From a virus (lineage: Duplodnaviria; Caudoviricetes), in the IMG/VR virus record IMGVR_UViG_3300006169_000031, positions 1 to 50,663 of that record: a stretch of 50,663 nucleotides of DNA, one strand, 5' to 3'. Numbering within the stretch: the first letter of the stretch is position 1; the number at the start of each line of letters is the position of its first letter. The notes beneath the pieces are model-generated. The model had not been told where the DNA came from and did not search any database. It was given only the letters and a program-made list of their open reading frames with translations. The position numbers and the translations under genes were made by a program. This document shows positions 1-8,956 of this stretch, in pieces.

Positions 1-48
1 GCCCTGAAGCTGCCCAAGGACGGTGGACCCCCGGAGACCCTACGCTGA
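1..48 (+). CDS. 3' end of an upstream gene (partial)
   Basis: Open frame 1 (ALKLPKDGGPPETLR) ends in TGA 46-48, overlapping the polymerase ATG (TGATG coupling). Confidence 0.55.
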   Translation, partial: ALKLPKDGGPPETLR

Positions 49-2021
49 TGCTCCTCTGGGACGACCACAAGATCGTCGCGCATGACCTCGAGACCTCGGG
101 CGAGATCACGCACACCGACATCGACACCGGCAAGCCGACCTCGGCCTACGCTCTGCAGCCGTGGCGGCTGAAGCAGGGCAAGGGCTGGGTCACGTCGGCG
201 TCGGCGATCCGGTTCGACACACAGCAAGGCCTTGTGGCGCATCTCAGCCAGCTCATGCCGACCAAGGAGGTGCTGAAGCGCTTCCTCGAGGACGCCATCG
301 CCAACGACTGGATCGTGCTCGGCTGGAACATCACTTTCGACGTGTCCTGGCTGATGGCGTTCGGCCGCGACATGGAGGACCTCTGCCTGCGCGTCCGCTG
401 GCTCGACGGCCACCTGATGTGGCGCCACCTCGAGATCGAGCCCGAATACGAGTTCTCCTCGCAGCGCCACAAGAAACGGCGCTACCGGCTCAAGCCCGAA
501 GCCGTGGACCAGTGGATACCGACGTTCGCAGGGCTCGACGAGGACGTGGACTTCCACGACCCCAGCCCCGAGGCGCGAGCCAAGCTGCAGCGCTACAACG
601 ACCGGGACAACGTCCGCTGCTGGACGATCTCGAAGATGATCTGGGGGAAGCTCACGCCGGCACAGCGCAAAGCCGTGCTGATCGAGGCCGAGGCCATCCC
701 CATGGTCGCCCAGGCGAACCTCCACGGCCTGCCGATCGACCGTCTGACGGTGCATCACCTGTCGGCCAAGCTCGACCTCGACGCCGCGGCGCGCCTCGCC
801 GAGCTGGCTCCCGACGGCATGCGTGAGGACATCGTGCGCTCGCCGACCAAGCTCGCCGAGCTGATGTTCGACCAGTGGCAGCTCCCGGTGCTGAAGGAGA
901 ACAAGTCCAAGGTCGAAGGCAAGCCCAACAGCCGTTCGACCGACAAGGAGGTGCTCCACGAGCTGGCCTTCATCGACGGCCGGGCGAAGAAAGTGAAAGA
1001 ATACCGCGAGGCGCTCAACGCCAAGGGCAAGTTCTGCAACAGCGTGCTGATGAGCCTCGACTACAACGAGACCGGCCGGTCGCATCCCGTCGCTGGCATC
1101 TTCCGCACCTACACCGGCCGCATGACGGTGGACAGCAGCCAAGGTCGGGGCAAGAACGCCTGCCAGATCGGCTTCGCGCTGCACCAGATGAAGCGCGAGG
1201 AGGAGTTCCGCGAGATCGTCTGCACGGCCGAGCCCGACGAATACGCCCCCGAGGGCTACGACATCGTCGAGTTCGACGCCGCCGGCCAGGAATTCCGCTG
1301 GATGGCCATCGCCAGCGGCGATCCCACCATGCTGCGCCTGTGCATGCCCGGCGAGGACGCGCACAGCTACATGGGTGCGAGGATCGTCGGTGTCGACTAC
1401 CACCAGCTCGTGCGCGACAACGCGGCGGGCGACAAGGGCGCGAAGCAGAACCGCTATCTGGGCAAGTTCGCCAACCTGTCGCTGCAGTATCGCACCTCGG
1501 CGCGCAAGCTCAGGGTCAAGGCGCGGGTGGACTACAACATCCCGCTCGAGATGCCCGAGGCGCACCGCATCCACAAGACCTATCAGGAGGCCTACCCGGG
1601 CGTGCCCCAATACTGGGAGCGCCAGATCGCGCTCGTCAAGCAGCTCGGCTACGTGGAGACCTTCGGCGGCAACCGGATCAACGTCACCGGAGACTGGAAC
1701 GGCAACTGGGGCTGGTCGATGGGCTCGACCGCGATCAACGCTCGCATCCAGGGCACCGGCGCTGACCAGAAGCACCTCGCGATGGCGGTCATCAAGGATT
1801 ACCTGCGCCAGATCGGCGGCCGGTTCCTGTTCGACCTGCACGACGGCCTTTACTTACTGATCCCGAGTGTTATACGTCCAAAGGCAGTCATCGAAATGAA
1901 GCGCATGTTGGATAACCTACCATACCAGCAAGCGTGGGGCTTCAGCCCGCCGATCCCGATGCCGTGGGACTGCAAAGTCGGCAAGGCATGGGGCCGGCTC
2001 AAGGAAGTGAAATTCGACTAA
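48..2021 (+). CDS. Phage family A DNA polymerase with N-terminal 3'-5' exonuclease domain
   Basis: Exo motifs HDLET, GWNITFD, YNDRD; polymerase motifs TYTGR, A (VEFDAAGQEFRWMA), B (RYLGKFANLSLQY), IQGTGAD, C (DLHDGLY). Confidence 0.95.
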   Translation: MLLWDDHKIVAHDLETSGEITHTDIDTGKPTSAYALQPWRLKQGKGWVTSASAIRFDTQQGLVAHLSQLMPTKEVLKRFLEDAIANDWIVLGWNITFDVSWLMAFGRDMEDLCLRVRWLDGHLMWRHLEIEPEYEFSSQRHKKRRYRLKPEAVDQWIPTFAGLDEDVDFHDPSPEARAKLQRYNDRDNVRCWTISKMIWGKLTPAQRKAVLIEAEAIPMVAQANLHGLPIDRLTVHHLSAKLDLDAAARLAELAPDGMREDIVRSPTKLAELMFDQWQLPVLKENKSKVEGKPNSRSTDKEVLHELAFIDGRAKKVKEYREALNAKGKFCNSVLMSLDYNETGRSHPVAGIFRTYTGRMTVDSSQGRGKNACQIGFALHQMKREEEFREIVCTAEPDEYAPEGYDIVEFDAAGQEFRWMAIASGDPTMLRLCMPGEDAHSYMGARIVGVDYHQLVRDNAAGDKGAKQNRYLGKFANLSLQYRTSARKLRVKARVDYNIPLEMPEAHRIHKTYQEAYPGVPQYWERQIALVKQLGYVETFGGNRINVTGDWNGNWGWSMGSTAINARIQGTGADQKHLAMAVIKDYLRQIGGRFLFDLHDGLYLLIPSVIRPKAVIEMKRMLDNLPYQQAWGFSPPIPMPWDCKVGKAWGRLKEVKFD

Positions 2022-2030
2022 GGAGCTGAC

Positions 2031-2540
2031 ATGGCAACCTATTATGAGCACCCGCAGACCGGCAAGCGCTACGTCGTGGTGTCGGAAGACGCGGAGAAGG
2101 GCACGATCCGCCTCAAGGGCGAGCACGCCGAGTTCGACGAGCCCAACGACGACAAGCACTTCGAGCGCATGGGCTACGTGAAGCGCGAGGGCGACCCCGC
2201 TGCGGACAACAAGCTCGGCGGCGGCGCCCCTGCCGCGCCATCCACGCCCGCCGCTCCCCCGCCTGCCCCGGAGACCGCCAGTGCCGCACCTCCCGCTCCG
2301 CCTGCAGCGCCTGTCGCTGAACCTGCAGCTCAAGTTCCACCGCCGCCTCCGGCAGGAGCTGTCCCTAGTGCCCCGCCCGCCCCACCGGCTGCTCCTCCGG
2401 CACCGCCTGTGGCTGCTGCTGGGTCTGCTGGCGGTGTGCCTCCTGCTCCTCCGGCGGCCCCACCTGCGCCACCTGCTGCGCCCGTAGCGCCGCCCGCGCC
2501 TCCGGCTCCGCCGGTCCCCCCTCCTCCCCCGGCCGCCTGA
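2031..2540 (+). CDS. Hypothetical protein, small N-terminal domain plus about 105-aa Pro/Ala low-complexity tail
   Basis: AAGGAG RBS before ATG; globular-looking first 60 aa, then APPAPP repeats. Confidence 0.8.
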   Translation: MATYYEHPQTGKRYVVVSEDAEKGTIRLKGEHAEFDEPNDDKHFERMGYVKREGDPAADNKLGGGAPAAPSTPAAPPPAPETASAAPPAPPAAPVAEPAAQVPPPPPAGAVPSAPPAPPAAPPAPPVAAAGSAGGVPPAPPAAPPAPPAAPVAPPAPPAPPVPPPPPAA

Positions 2541-2542
2541 TC

Positions 2543-2794
2543 GTGGCCCGGGAGCGCGTAAACCCGTTCGACCAGGGCACCGCCGAGCGGGTCCTGTTCG
2601 ACCGCTGGCGCAAGGCGTCGTCGGAGGCCCAGCAGCTCGAGCGTGACGCGGCGCTGACGATGACCGAGGCTCGCGCCAAGCGCGCGGCGGCGGATCGTTA
2701 CGCGGAAGCGTTGCGAGCGCTCGGGCATGGGGATAAGGTGCCCGGGCAACCGGCGCTCCCAGACTACGCGTCGGTGGGGTCATCGAACACGTAG
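2543..2794 (+). CDS. Hypothetical helical protein
   Basis: GTG start 2 nt after the previous stop; phage-like codon usage. Confidence 0.7.
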   Translation: MARERVNPFDQGTAERVLFDRWRKASSEAQQLERDAALTMTEARAKRAAADRYAEALRALGHGDKVPGQPALPDYASVGSSNT

Positions 2795-2807
2795 GGGGAT
2801 CACCACC

Positions 2808-3095
2808 ATGCCCAGCTCGCCCGGCTACCGTCGCGATTACAAGCAGGAGCGCAAGACCGCCATCCGCCGCGGGGAGACCCTCGGCTCCGACAGCGGCAAC
2901 GCGAAGCGCAAGCGCCTGCGGCGAGCGATGGAGAAGGAGGGCAGGGTCCACAAGGGCGACGGCAAGGACGTCGACCACAAGGTTGCGCTGTCGAAGGGCG
3001 GCGCGAACTCGACCAAGAACGCACGCGTGGTCTCGGCCAGCGACAACCGCAGCTTCCCCCGCACCAAGACCGGGGCGATGAAAAGGAACAAGTGA
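2808..3095 (+). CDS. HNH endonuclease-like protein
   Basis: DVDHKVALSKGG...N....SASDNRS HNH motif; GGGGG RBS-like run before ATG 2808. Confidence 0.85.
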   Translation: MPSSPGYRRDYKQERKTAIRRGETLGSDSGNAKRKRLRRAMEKEGRVHKGDGKDVDHKVALSKGGANSTKNARVVSASDNRSFPRTKTGAMKRNK

Positions 3096-3637
3096 TGGCC
3101 AAGCACGTGATGGCTGACCTCGAGACGCTCAGCACCGCCGACAACGCCCTTCTCCTCTCGATCGGCGGTGTGCTGTTCGACGGCGAGACGATCCTCGACA
3201 AGTTCCACGTCGGGATCGACCCGGTGGACGCCGAGCGTTACGGCCTCAAGGTCGACGCGGCGACCGCGTGGAATTATTGGGCTGACCCGAAGCGAGACGA
3301 GGCCCGCAAGCGCCTGTTCGAGCTGCCCAAGGTGGACCTGTTCGCCGCGCTCGACGGCTTCTCGATCTGGGTCAACGAGACGCCGGTCGACGAGCGCGGA
3401 TCGCTCTGGGGCAACGGTGCGACGTTCAACAATGTGCTGATCAAGAACGCCTTCGCCGCCGTCGGCCTGCCGAGCCCGTTCACCTACAAGCAGCAGGAGT
3501 GCTACCGCACACTCAAGAACCGCTGCCCGGAGATCGCCTACACCCAGATCGGCGTCGCGCACGACGCGCTCGACGACGCCGAGAGCCAAGCAGTCCACCT
3601 GCAGGCGATCTGCAAGCACCTCGGCATCACCCTCTGA
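3092..3637 (+). CDS. DEDDh 3'-5' exonuclease (phage RNase T-like family)
   Basis: DLETLST, LSIG, WGNGATF, HDALDDA motifs. Confidence 0.85.
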   Translation: MMAKHVMADLETLSTADNALLLSIGGVLFDGETILDKFHVGIDPVDAERYGLKVDAATAWNYWADPKRDEARKRLFELPKVDLFAALDGFSIWVNETPVDERGSLWGNGATFNNVLIKNAFAAVGLPSPFTYKQQECYRTLKNRCPEIAYTQIGVAHDALDDAESQAVHLQAICKHLGITL

Positions 3638-4317
3638 TGAAGCCCGCCGCATGGTCGCACTCGGCGCTCGACGCCTACGAGAACTGCCCCCGGCAGTATC
3701 ACGCGGTCAAGGTCGAGAAGCGCTTCCCCTTCGTCGACACCAAGGAGATCGCGTGGGGCCGTGAGGTCCACAAGCACTTCGAGGATTTCCTCGTCCACGG
3801 CACCCCGCTGCCGGCCGATCTCGCGATGCACCACGACTTCCTCGCCGGCTTCAAGGCCCAGCCAGGGGAGCTGGCCGGAGAGGAGCGGATCGCGCTCGAC
3901 ACCCAGATGCGGCGGTGCCAGTATTTCGACAAGCAGGTGCAGGTCTGGTATCGCGGTCAGGTGGACGCTCGGAAGCGGGACCGCGCCGCCGGCTACAGCC
4001 ATATCCTCGACCACAAGACCGGCAAGGTGAAGAACGACTACACGCAGCTCAAGGGCTTCGCGATGTGGGAGTTCCTGACCCAGCCGGACATCCACACCTG
4101 CAAGGTTGAGTTCTACTGGACCCAGATCAGGGGCACGAACGGCGAGACCTATCACCGCGAGCAGCTCCCCGAGATCATCCGGTTCTTCGCCGGCAAGCTG
4201 CACCGCTTCGCCGACGCCTACATCAACGATCACTGGCCGCCCAGGCAGTCGGGTCTCTGCAACGGCTGGTGCCCGGTCACCGACTGTGAGTTCTGGCGCC
4301 CCAAGAGGAAGCCCTGA
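3637..4317 (+). CDS. PD-(D/E)XK exonuclease, Cas4/RecB-like
   Basis: WSHSALDAYENCPRQY, G..VH, GQVD, DHKTGK, QL, C-terminal LCNGWCPVTDC; TGATG-coupled start. Confidence 0.88.
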   Translation: MKPAAWSHSALDAYENCPRQYHAVKVEKRFPFVDTKEIAWGREVHKHFEDFLVHGTPLPADLAMHHDFLAGFKAQPGELAGEERIALDTQMRRCQYFDKQVQVWYRGQVDARKRDRAAGYSHILDHKTGKVKNDYTQLKGFAMWEFLTQPDIHTCKVEFYWTQIRGTNGETYHREQLPEIIRFFAGKLHRFADAYINDHWPPRQSGLCNGWCPVTDCEFWRPKRKP

Positions 4318-4679
4318 TGGCCGAGATCGACTGGACGAAGCACAAGGTGTGGAGCGCCGAGATGATCGTCGCCGAGCGCGAGCGGCTCACCGAGCTGGAA
4401 TACGGGCGCTGGGGCCGCGCGATCGAGGTCGAGACCCACCGGCGCATCCGGCTCTGCGTCGCCACCTACGCCTACGAGATCGCCGACGATCCGATCTGGC
4501 CCGACAGCCAGTGGGATATGATCGCTCAGCAAATCAACCCGAAGCTCGGAACCTGTCATCCGATAGTCGACGAGTTCTTCGCAGCAGAATTCTCTCCGAT
4601 GACGGGCATGTGGATACACAATCACCCCGAACTCGAGGGAATAAAACGGCTCTACGAGAAGTATAGCCGCCGCAAATAG
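4317..4679 (+). CDS. Stand-alone NAD-dependent DNA ligase subdomain Ia-like protein
   Basis: YAYEIADDPIWPDSQWD resembles the LigA Ia motif YY..D.P...D..YD; no adenylation domain follows. Confidence 0.65.
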   Translation: MAEIDWTKHKVWSAEMIVAERERLTELEYGRWGRAIEVETHRRIRLCVATYAYEIADDPIWPDSQWDMIAQQINPKLGTCHPIVDEFFAAEFSPMTGMWIHNHPELEGIKRLYEKYSRRK

Positions 4680-4689
4680 AGGACCCACC

Positions 4690-4929
4690 ATGAAGATTAC
4701 GAAGCGAAGGACCGGATACACCATCCGCTGCAACCCCAGCGAGTTCGAGATGCTCGACAAGCTGCTGGGTGCCACGCCGCCGGACGCCGCCCGCCGGATG
4801 CTCAGCGGCAACGCGAAGAACGCCCACAGCCGCCGGCTGAAAAAGACCAACGGCGACCTGCTGGCGGTGGACAACGACATCAGCGACCGGCCGCTCGCCG
4901 GCAGCGCAGGACGTCTCAAAGCAGCCTGA
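4690..4929 (+). CDS. Hypothetical protein
   Basis: AGAGGA RBS before ATG; codon usage. Confidence 0.75.
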   Translation: MKITKRRTGYTIRCNPSEFEMLDKLLGATPPDAARRMLSGNAKNAHSRRLKKTNGDLLAVDNDISDRPLAGSAGRLKAA

Positions 4930-4946
4930 TCGAATACCAAAACGCA

Positions 4947-4969
4947 CCCGGCTCCCGCGTGGAGCCGGG
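4947..4969. terminator. GC-rich intergenic hairpin (terminator or processing site)
   Basis: CCCGGCTCC-cgcgt-GGAGCCGGG; no clear U tract on +. Confidence 0.4.
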
Positions 4970-4984
4970 GCTTCGGGGGTAACC

Positions 4985-5806
4985 ATGAAAGATACGCGCA
5001 GCCACATGCGGCTCGCCTCGAAGGCGGCCGGCGATGACATCACGTTCTCCCGCTACGTCCGCCTTGACGGCCATGGCACCCAGCACGGCAAGCAGCGCCA
5101 GATGCGCATCCCCGGGCTCGAGCTGCCGGCGATCCGCGAGGGGCGGTCGTTCTTCCAGAAAAGCGTCAGGTCACCTGACGACATGAAGCACCTGCTGGTC
5201 TCCGGCCACTCGAACATGAAGGTTGGCCGAGACTGCCGCATCGGCAAGCTCAAGGGCTACTGGATTTACACGCTGTCTCTCGAGGAGCGAAAGACGTGTC
5301 CGAGGAGCTGCCACCACTGGCAGACCTGCTACGGCAACGGCATGCCCTACGCGAAGCGGATCGACCACACCGCGCCGAGCTTCCTCCCGCGCCTCGAGGC
5401 GCAGATCGTCGCGCTGCTGAAGCAGGCCGCCAAGCGCCCGGGCTCGCCGGGGATCATCATCCGGCTGCACGCCCTGGGCGACTTCTACAGCCCTGCCTAC
5501 GTGGCCTTCTGGGACCGCATGCTGCGCGAGCACCCGAAGCTGGTCCTGTTCGGCTACACTGCGTGGCTGTCCGGCACCGCGATCGGCTGGGCGGTCAACG
5601 AGCTGATCAACGCATGGCCCGGCCGGGCGATGATCCGCTTCAGCGACGGCGGCTATGCGACGCGCTCTACTGTGCCGATCGTCGACGCAGCCGACTGCCC
5701 GCCGGGCGCGTTCGTGTGCCCCGAGCAGACCGGCAAGGTGGATGGCTGCGGGAAGTGCGGCATCTGCTGGTCGACCCTCAAGAACGTGGCGTTCATGGCC
5801 CACTGA
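4985..5806 (+). CDS. GP88-like Cys-rich protein (possible Fe-S/radical-SAM-related fold)
   Basis: TCPRSCHHWQTCY, IRLHALGDF, FGYT and C-terminal CPEQ...CGKCGICW are typical of phage GP88-family proteins. Confidence 0.7.
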   Translation: MKDTRSHMRLASKAAGDDITFSRYVRLDGHGTQHGKQRQMRIPGLELPAIREGRSFFQKSVRSPDDMKHLLVSGHSNMKVGRDCRIGKLKGYWIYTLSLEERKTCPRSCHHWQTCYGNGMPYAKRIDHTAPSFLPRLEAQIVALLKQAAKRPGSPGIIIRLHALGDFYSPAYVAFWDRMLREHPKLVLFGYTAWLSGTAIGWAVNELINAWPGRAMIRFSDGGYATRSTVPIVDAADCPPGAFVCPEQTGKVDGCGKCGICWSTLKNVAFMAH

Positions 5807-5807
5807 G

Positions 5808-6329
5808 ATGGAGCTGCGGCGGGGGCATAAGGGGCGGCTGATCAGGCCGGTGACGCCGGAGCTGGTGTCCTCGGCGCTCGAGCGGTTCCGGTCGTACTGC
5901 CGCTTCCAGCCGGAGACCGGCTGCGTGGTCTGGACAGGAGGTGTGCGGATGGGCCGAGGCCACCATGTGCCCTACGCAAACTTCTGGTTCAACGGGCTCA
6001 ACTGGCATGGCCACCGCTGGGCGGCGAAGTATATCCATGGCCAGGACATCGACGGCTTCCAGACGGACCACTGCTGCCCGCACATTCCAATCCCTAACAC
6101 GTTATGCGTTGAGCACGTCCAGTCGCTGACACCGCGGGAGAACCGCCTGCTGCAGCACGAGCGCCGGAAGAACTTCATCCACCTGCAGGTGGGCCTGATC
6201 CAGTATGAGGAGATGTATCAGCACCCGCCCGAACCGGCGCCGCTCGAGGCCGACGCCTTCCCATTCTTCACTCCGCCGAGCTGGCTCGGCATCCCCGAAA
6301 GGACCTACGATGGACATTGCCCCTTCTGA
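5808..6329 (+). CDS. HNH endonuclease (homing-endonuclease-like)
   Basis: GCVVWTG...HRWAAKY...TDHCC...CVEHVQSLTPREN. Confidence 0.85.
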   Translation: MELRRGHKGRLIRPVTPELVSSALERFRSYCRFQPETGCVVWTGGVRMGRGHHVPYANFWFNGLNWHGHRWAAKYIHGQDIDGFQTDHCCPHIPIPNTLCVEHVQSLTPRENRLLQHERRKNFIHLQVGLIQYEEMYQHPPEPAPLEADAFPFFTPPSWLGIPERTYDGHCPF

Positions 6330-6771
6330 GACCCCCAGCGTCACCATCCCGGCGAAGCTGCACCCTCCGATCAACGTCAGCCGCGTGGAGAACGAGAACG
6401 GCGTGAAGGCGCTGATCAAGGAGCTGTTCGACGCGCACGGCTGGTTCCACTTCGCACCCGGTGGCAACTCGTTCGGCCAGCAAGGGATCGGCGACCGGCT
6501 GGCTATCAAAAATGGTGTGTTTTTGAGCATCGAGGCCAAATTTGGATACAACAAGCCGAAGCCGCTGCAGAAGGGCTTCGCTGCCCAGATCATGGCGAAC
6601 GACGGCTTTGCTTTCTGTGTCAACGAGCGTAACATCGACCACCTCGCATGGTGGCTCGAGAGCTTCGAGATCGCAACGCAGTGCCAGCAGCGCGGCCAGG
6701 AAGTGCCCGCAGAGCACGGATCGCGGATGCTCAACGCCATCAGCGCGCTGACTGACCCGTTCGCGGAGTAA
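6310..6771 (+). CDS. VRR-NUC / Holliday-junction-resolvase-like nuclease
   Basis: ENGVK...GIGDRLAIKNGVFLSIEAK...KPKPLQ. Confidence 0.82.
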   Translation: MDIAPSETPSVTIPAKLHPPINVSRVENENGVKALIKELFDAHGWFHFAPGGNSFGQQGIGDRLAIKNGVFLSIEAKFGYNKPKPLQKGFAAQIMANDGFAFCVNERNIDHLAWWLESFEIATQCQQRGQEVPAEHGSRMLNAISALTDPFAE

Positions 6772-6773
6772 CG

Positions 6774-8351
6774 ATGCCCGACGTCCTCGTAGATGGCCGC
6801 ACCGAGAGCGTGGTGCTCCGGGCGGCCGACCCCTTCATGTTGCGCGACCTGCTGCCCCGCAGCAGGACGTTGCCGCACCCCGACTGGAACCTCGCGGTCC
6901 AGCATACGCTCGAGAGCACCAAGGTTCTTCGCAACCTCGGCTTCCGGGTGCCGGCGCCGATCCGCTTCCAATACGACTGGCCAGGGCGCTTCAGGCCGTT
7001 CGACCACCAGATCGAGATGGCCGAGTTCCTGACGATGCACCGGCGGTGCTTCAACCTGTCCGAGATGGGCACGATGAAGACCAACGGCTCGCTCTGGGCT
7101 GCGGACTGGCTGATGGCCACAGGCCGCGTGCGCAAGGCGCTGGTGATGTCGCCGCTGTCCACCCTCGAGAGCGTGTGGGCGAACGACATCTTCGACACCC
7201 TGCCGCACCGGACCTGCGCCGTGCTCCACGGCACGCAGGAGCGCCGGCTGAAATATCTCGGGATCGACGCCGACTTCTACATCCTCAACCATGACGGCAT
7301 CAAGATCGCCAAGCTGTTCGACGCGATCCTGAAGCGCCCGGACATCGACCTGCTGGTGGTCGACGAGGCCGGCATGTTCCGCAACCCGTCGAGCGGCAAA
7401 TACAAGGCGCTGGCGAAGCTGCTGAAGGCCCGCCCGGACCTGCGGCTATGGCTGATGACCGGCACGCCCTGCCCGAACGCGCCGACCGACGCGTGGTCGC
7501 TCGCGCGCCTCGTCGACCCGAGCCGGGTGCCGCAGTATGCCGGCGCGTTCAAGCGCGACACGATGATGCAGGTCTCGAGCTTCAAGTGGGTCCCGCGGAT
7601 CGACGCATTCGAGAAGGCCTATCAGGCGATGCAGCCAGCCATCCGCTTCAAGAAAAAGGACTGCATCGACCTGCCGCCGGTGACCACGCGCGATCTCGGC
7701 GCCGGGCTGACCAAGGCCCAGGCGGACGCGGTGAAGCAGCTCAAGGAGCACATGGTCACCAAGGCCGCGAACGGGGTCAAGGTGACCGCGGCGAACGCCG
7801 CCGACCAGATCAACAAGATCAGGCAGGTGCTGTGCGGCGCGCTGAAGGACCCGATGACTGGGGTCTACCACCCGCTGCCGCACCAGCCGCGCACGCAGGC
7901 GCTGATCGAGACGATCCAGCAGGCCTCGGCCAAGGTGCTGGTGGTCGTGCCGTTTAAGGGCATCATCCGGCTCCTCGAGCAGGAGCTGATCAAGCAGGGG
8001 ATCACCTGCGCGGTGGTCAACGGCGACGTGCCGATGGCCAAGCGCACCGAGATATTCAAGGCCTTCAAGACGCAGCCCGACCCTCACGTGCTGCTCTGCC
8101 ACCCGGCGGTGATGGCCCACGGTCTCAACCTGACCGAAGCTGACATGCTGATCTTCTACGCGCCGATCTACTCGAACGACGAGGTCGAGCAGGTCAACGA
8201 GCGCTTCAACCGCGCCGGCCAGACCCGCAAGATGACGATCGTGCGGATCGGCTGTCACCCGCTCGAGTGGGCGATCTACAAGCTGACGGACACGAGGAAA
8301 GAGGCCCAGAACTCGATCCTCGACCTCTACGACGAGGTCATGCACAGTTGA
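6774..8351 (+). CDS. SNF2-family (SF2) DNA helicase
   Basis: PFDHQ, EMGTMKT, VVDEA, MTGTP, HGLNLT, QVNERFNRAGQ. Confidence 0.93.
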   Translation: MPDVLVDGRTESVVLRAADPFMLRDLLPRSRTLPHPDWNLAVQHTLESTKVLRNLGFRVPAPIRFQYDWPGRFRPFDHQIEMAEFLTMHRRCFNLSEMGTMKTNGSLWAADWLMATGRVRKALVMSPLSTLESVWANDIFDTLPHRTCAVLHGTQERRLKYLGIDADFYILNHDGIKIAKLFDAILKRPDIDLLVVDEAGMFRNPSSGKYKALAKLLKARPDLRLWLMTGTPCPNAPTDAWSLARLVDPSRVPQYAGAFKRDTMMQVSSFKWVPRIDAFEKAYQAMQPAIRFKKKDCIDLPPVTTRDLGAGLTKAQADAVKQLKEHMVTKAANGVKVTAANAADQINKIRQVLCGALKDPMTGVYHPLPHQPRTQALIETIQQASAKVLVVVPFKGIIRLLEQELIKQGITCAVVNGDVPMAKRTEIFKAFKTQPDPHVLLCHPAVMAHGLNLTEADMLIFYAPIYSNDEVEQVNERFNRAGQTRKMTIVRIGCHPLEWAIYKLTDTRKEAQNSILDLYDEVMHS

Positions 8352-8375
8352 CTTAGCGAGTGGCAGATATACAAC
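8348..8375 (+). promoter_or_regulatory. Putative sigma70-type promoter
   Basis: TTGACT-N16-TACAAC; TTGACTTAG also found at 44377 and 47006. Confidence 0.6.
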
Positions 8376-8401
8376 ATAGACATCAATCAAAGGATAGCCT
8401 A

Positions 8402-8929
8402 ATGCAAGCCGCCATGCAGCGCCCCACCGACCCCTCCCACATCGCCTACGCCGGCACGGCGAACGAGATGTGGTGGAGCGGCGAGCAGCAGGAGTGGGTC
8501 GCCGCGCCGAAGACCGCGATGCCGGCGAACCTGAGCAAGATCGTCCAGGCCTACAGCGCGATCCGCGACGCGCGCACCGCCAAGCGCCATGCGTGGGAGG
8601 CCGAGGACCTCGCGCTCGAGGAGGACCAGCACAAGCTCAAGGTCATCATGCTGGACCTGCTCAACGCGACCGGAGCCAAGTCGATCAACACCGACTACGG
8701 CACCGTCTACCGCAGCGAGAAGATCAAGCCGAGCGCGGCCGACTGGACCGCGATCTACGGCTGGATCGCAGAAAATCCCGAGCGGTTCGAGCTGCTCGAG
8801 AAGCGTCTCAAGTCCACCTTCGTGAAGGAATTCATGGAGGAGAACGAGGGGGCAATCCCGCCGGGCGTCAACGTCCACCGGGAATTCGAGGTATCGGTGC
8901 GGCGTCCCAACGTCGCCTCCGAGAAATAA
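8402..8929 (+). CDS. Conserved phage hypothetical protein (coiled-coil, GTVY...DW...PPGV)
   Basis: AAGGA RBS before ATG 8402; motif pattern seen in proteins next to phage SSB genes. Confidence 0.75.
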   Translation: MQAAMQRPTDPSHIAYAGTANEMWWSGEQQEWVAAPKTAMPANLSKIVQAYSAIRDARTAKRHAWEAEDLALEEDQHKLKVIMLDLLNATGAKSINTDYGTVYRSEKIKPSAADWTAIYGWIAENPERFELLEKRLKSTFVKEFMEENEGAIPPGVNVHREFEVSVRRPNVASEK

Positions 8930-8956
8930 CCACCAACACCCTAGAGGGAGAAGTCC

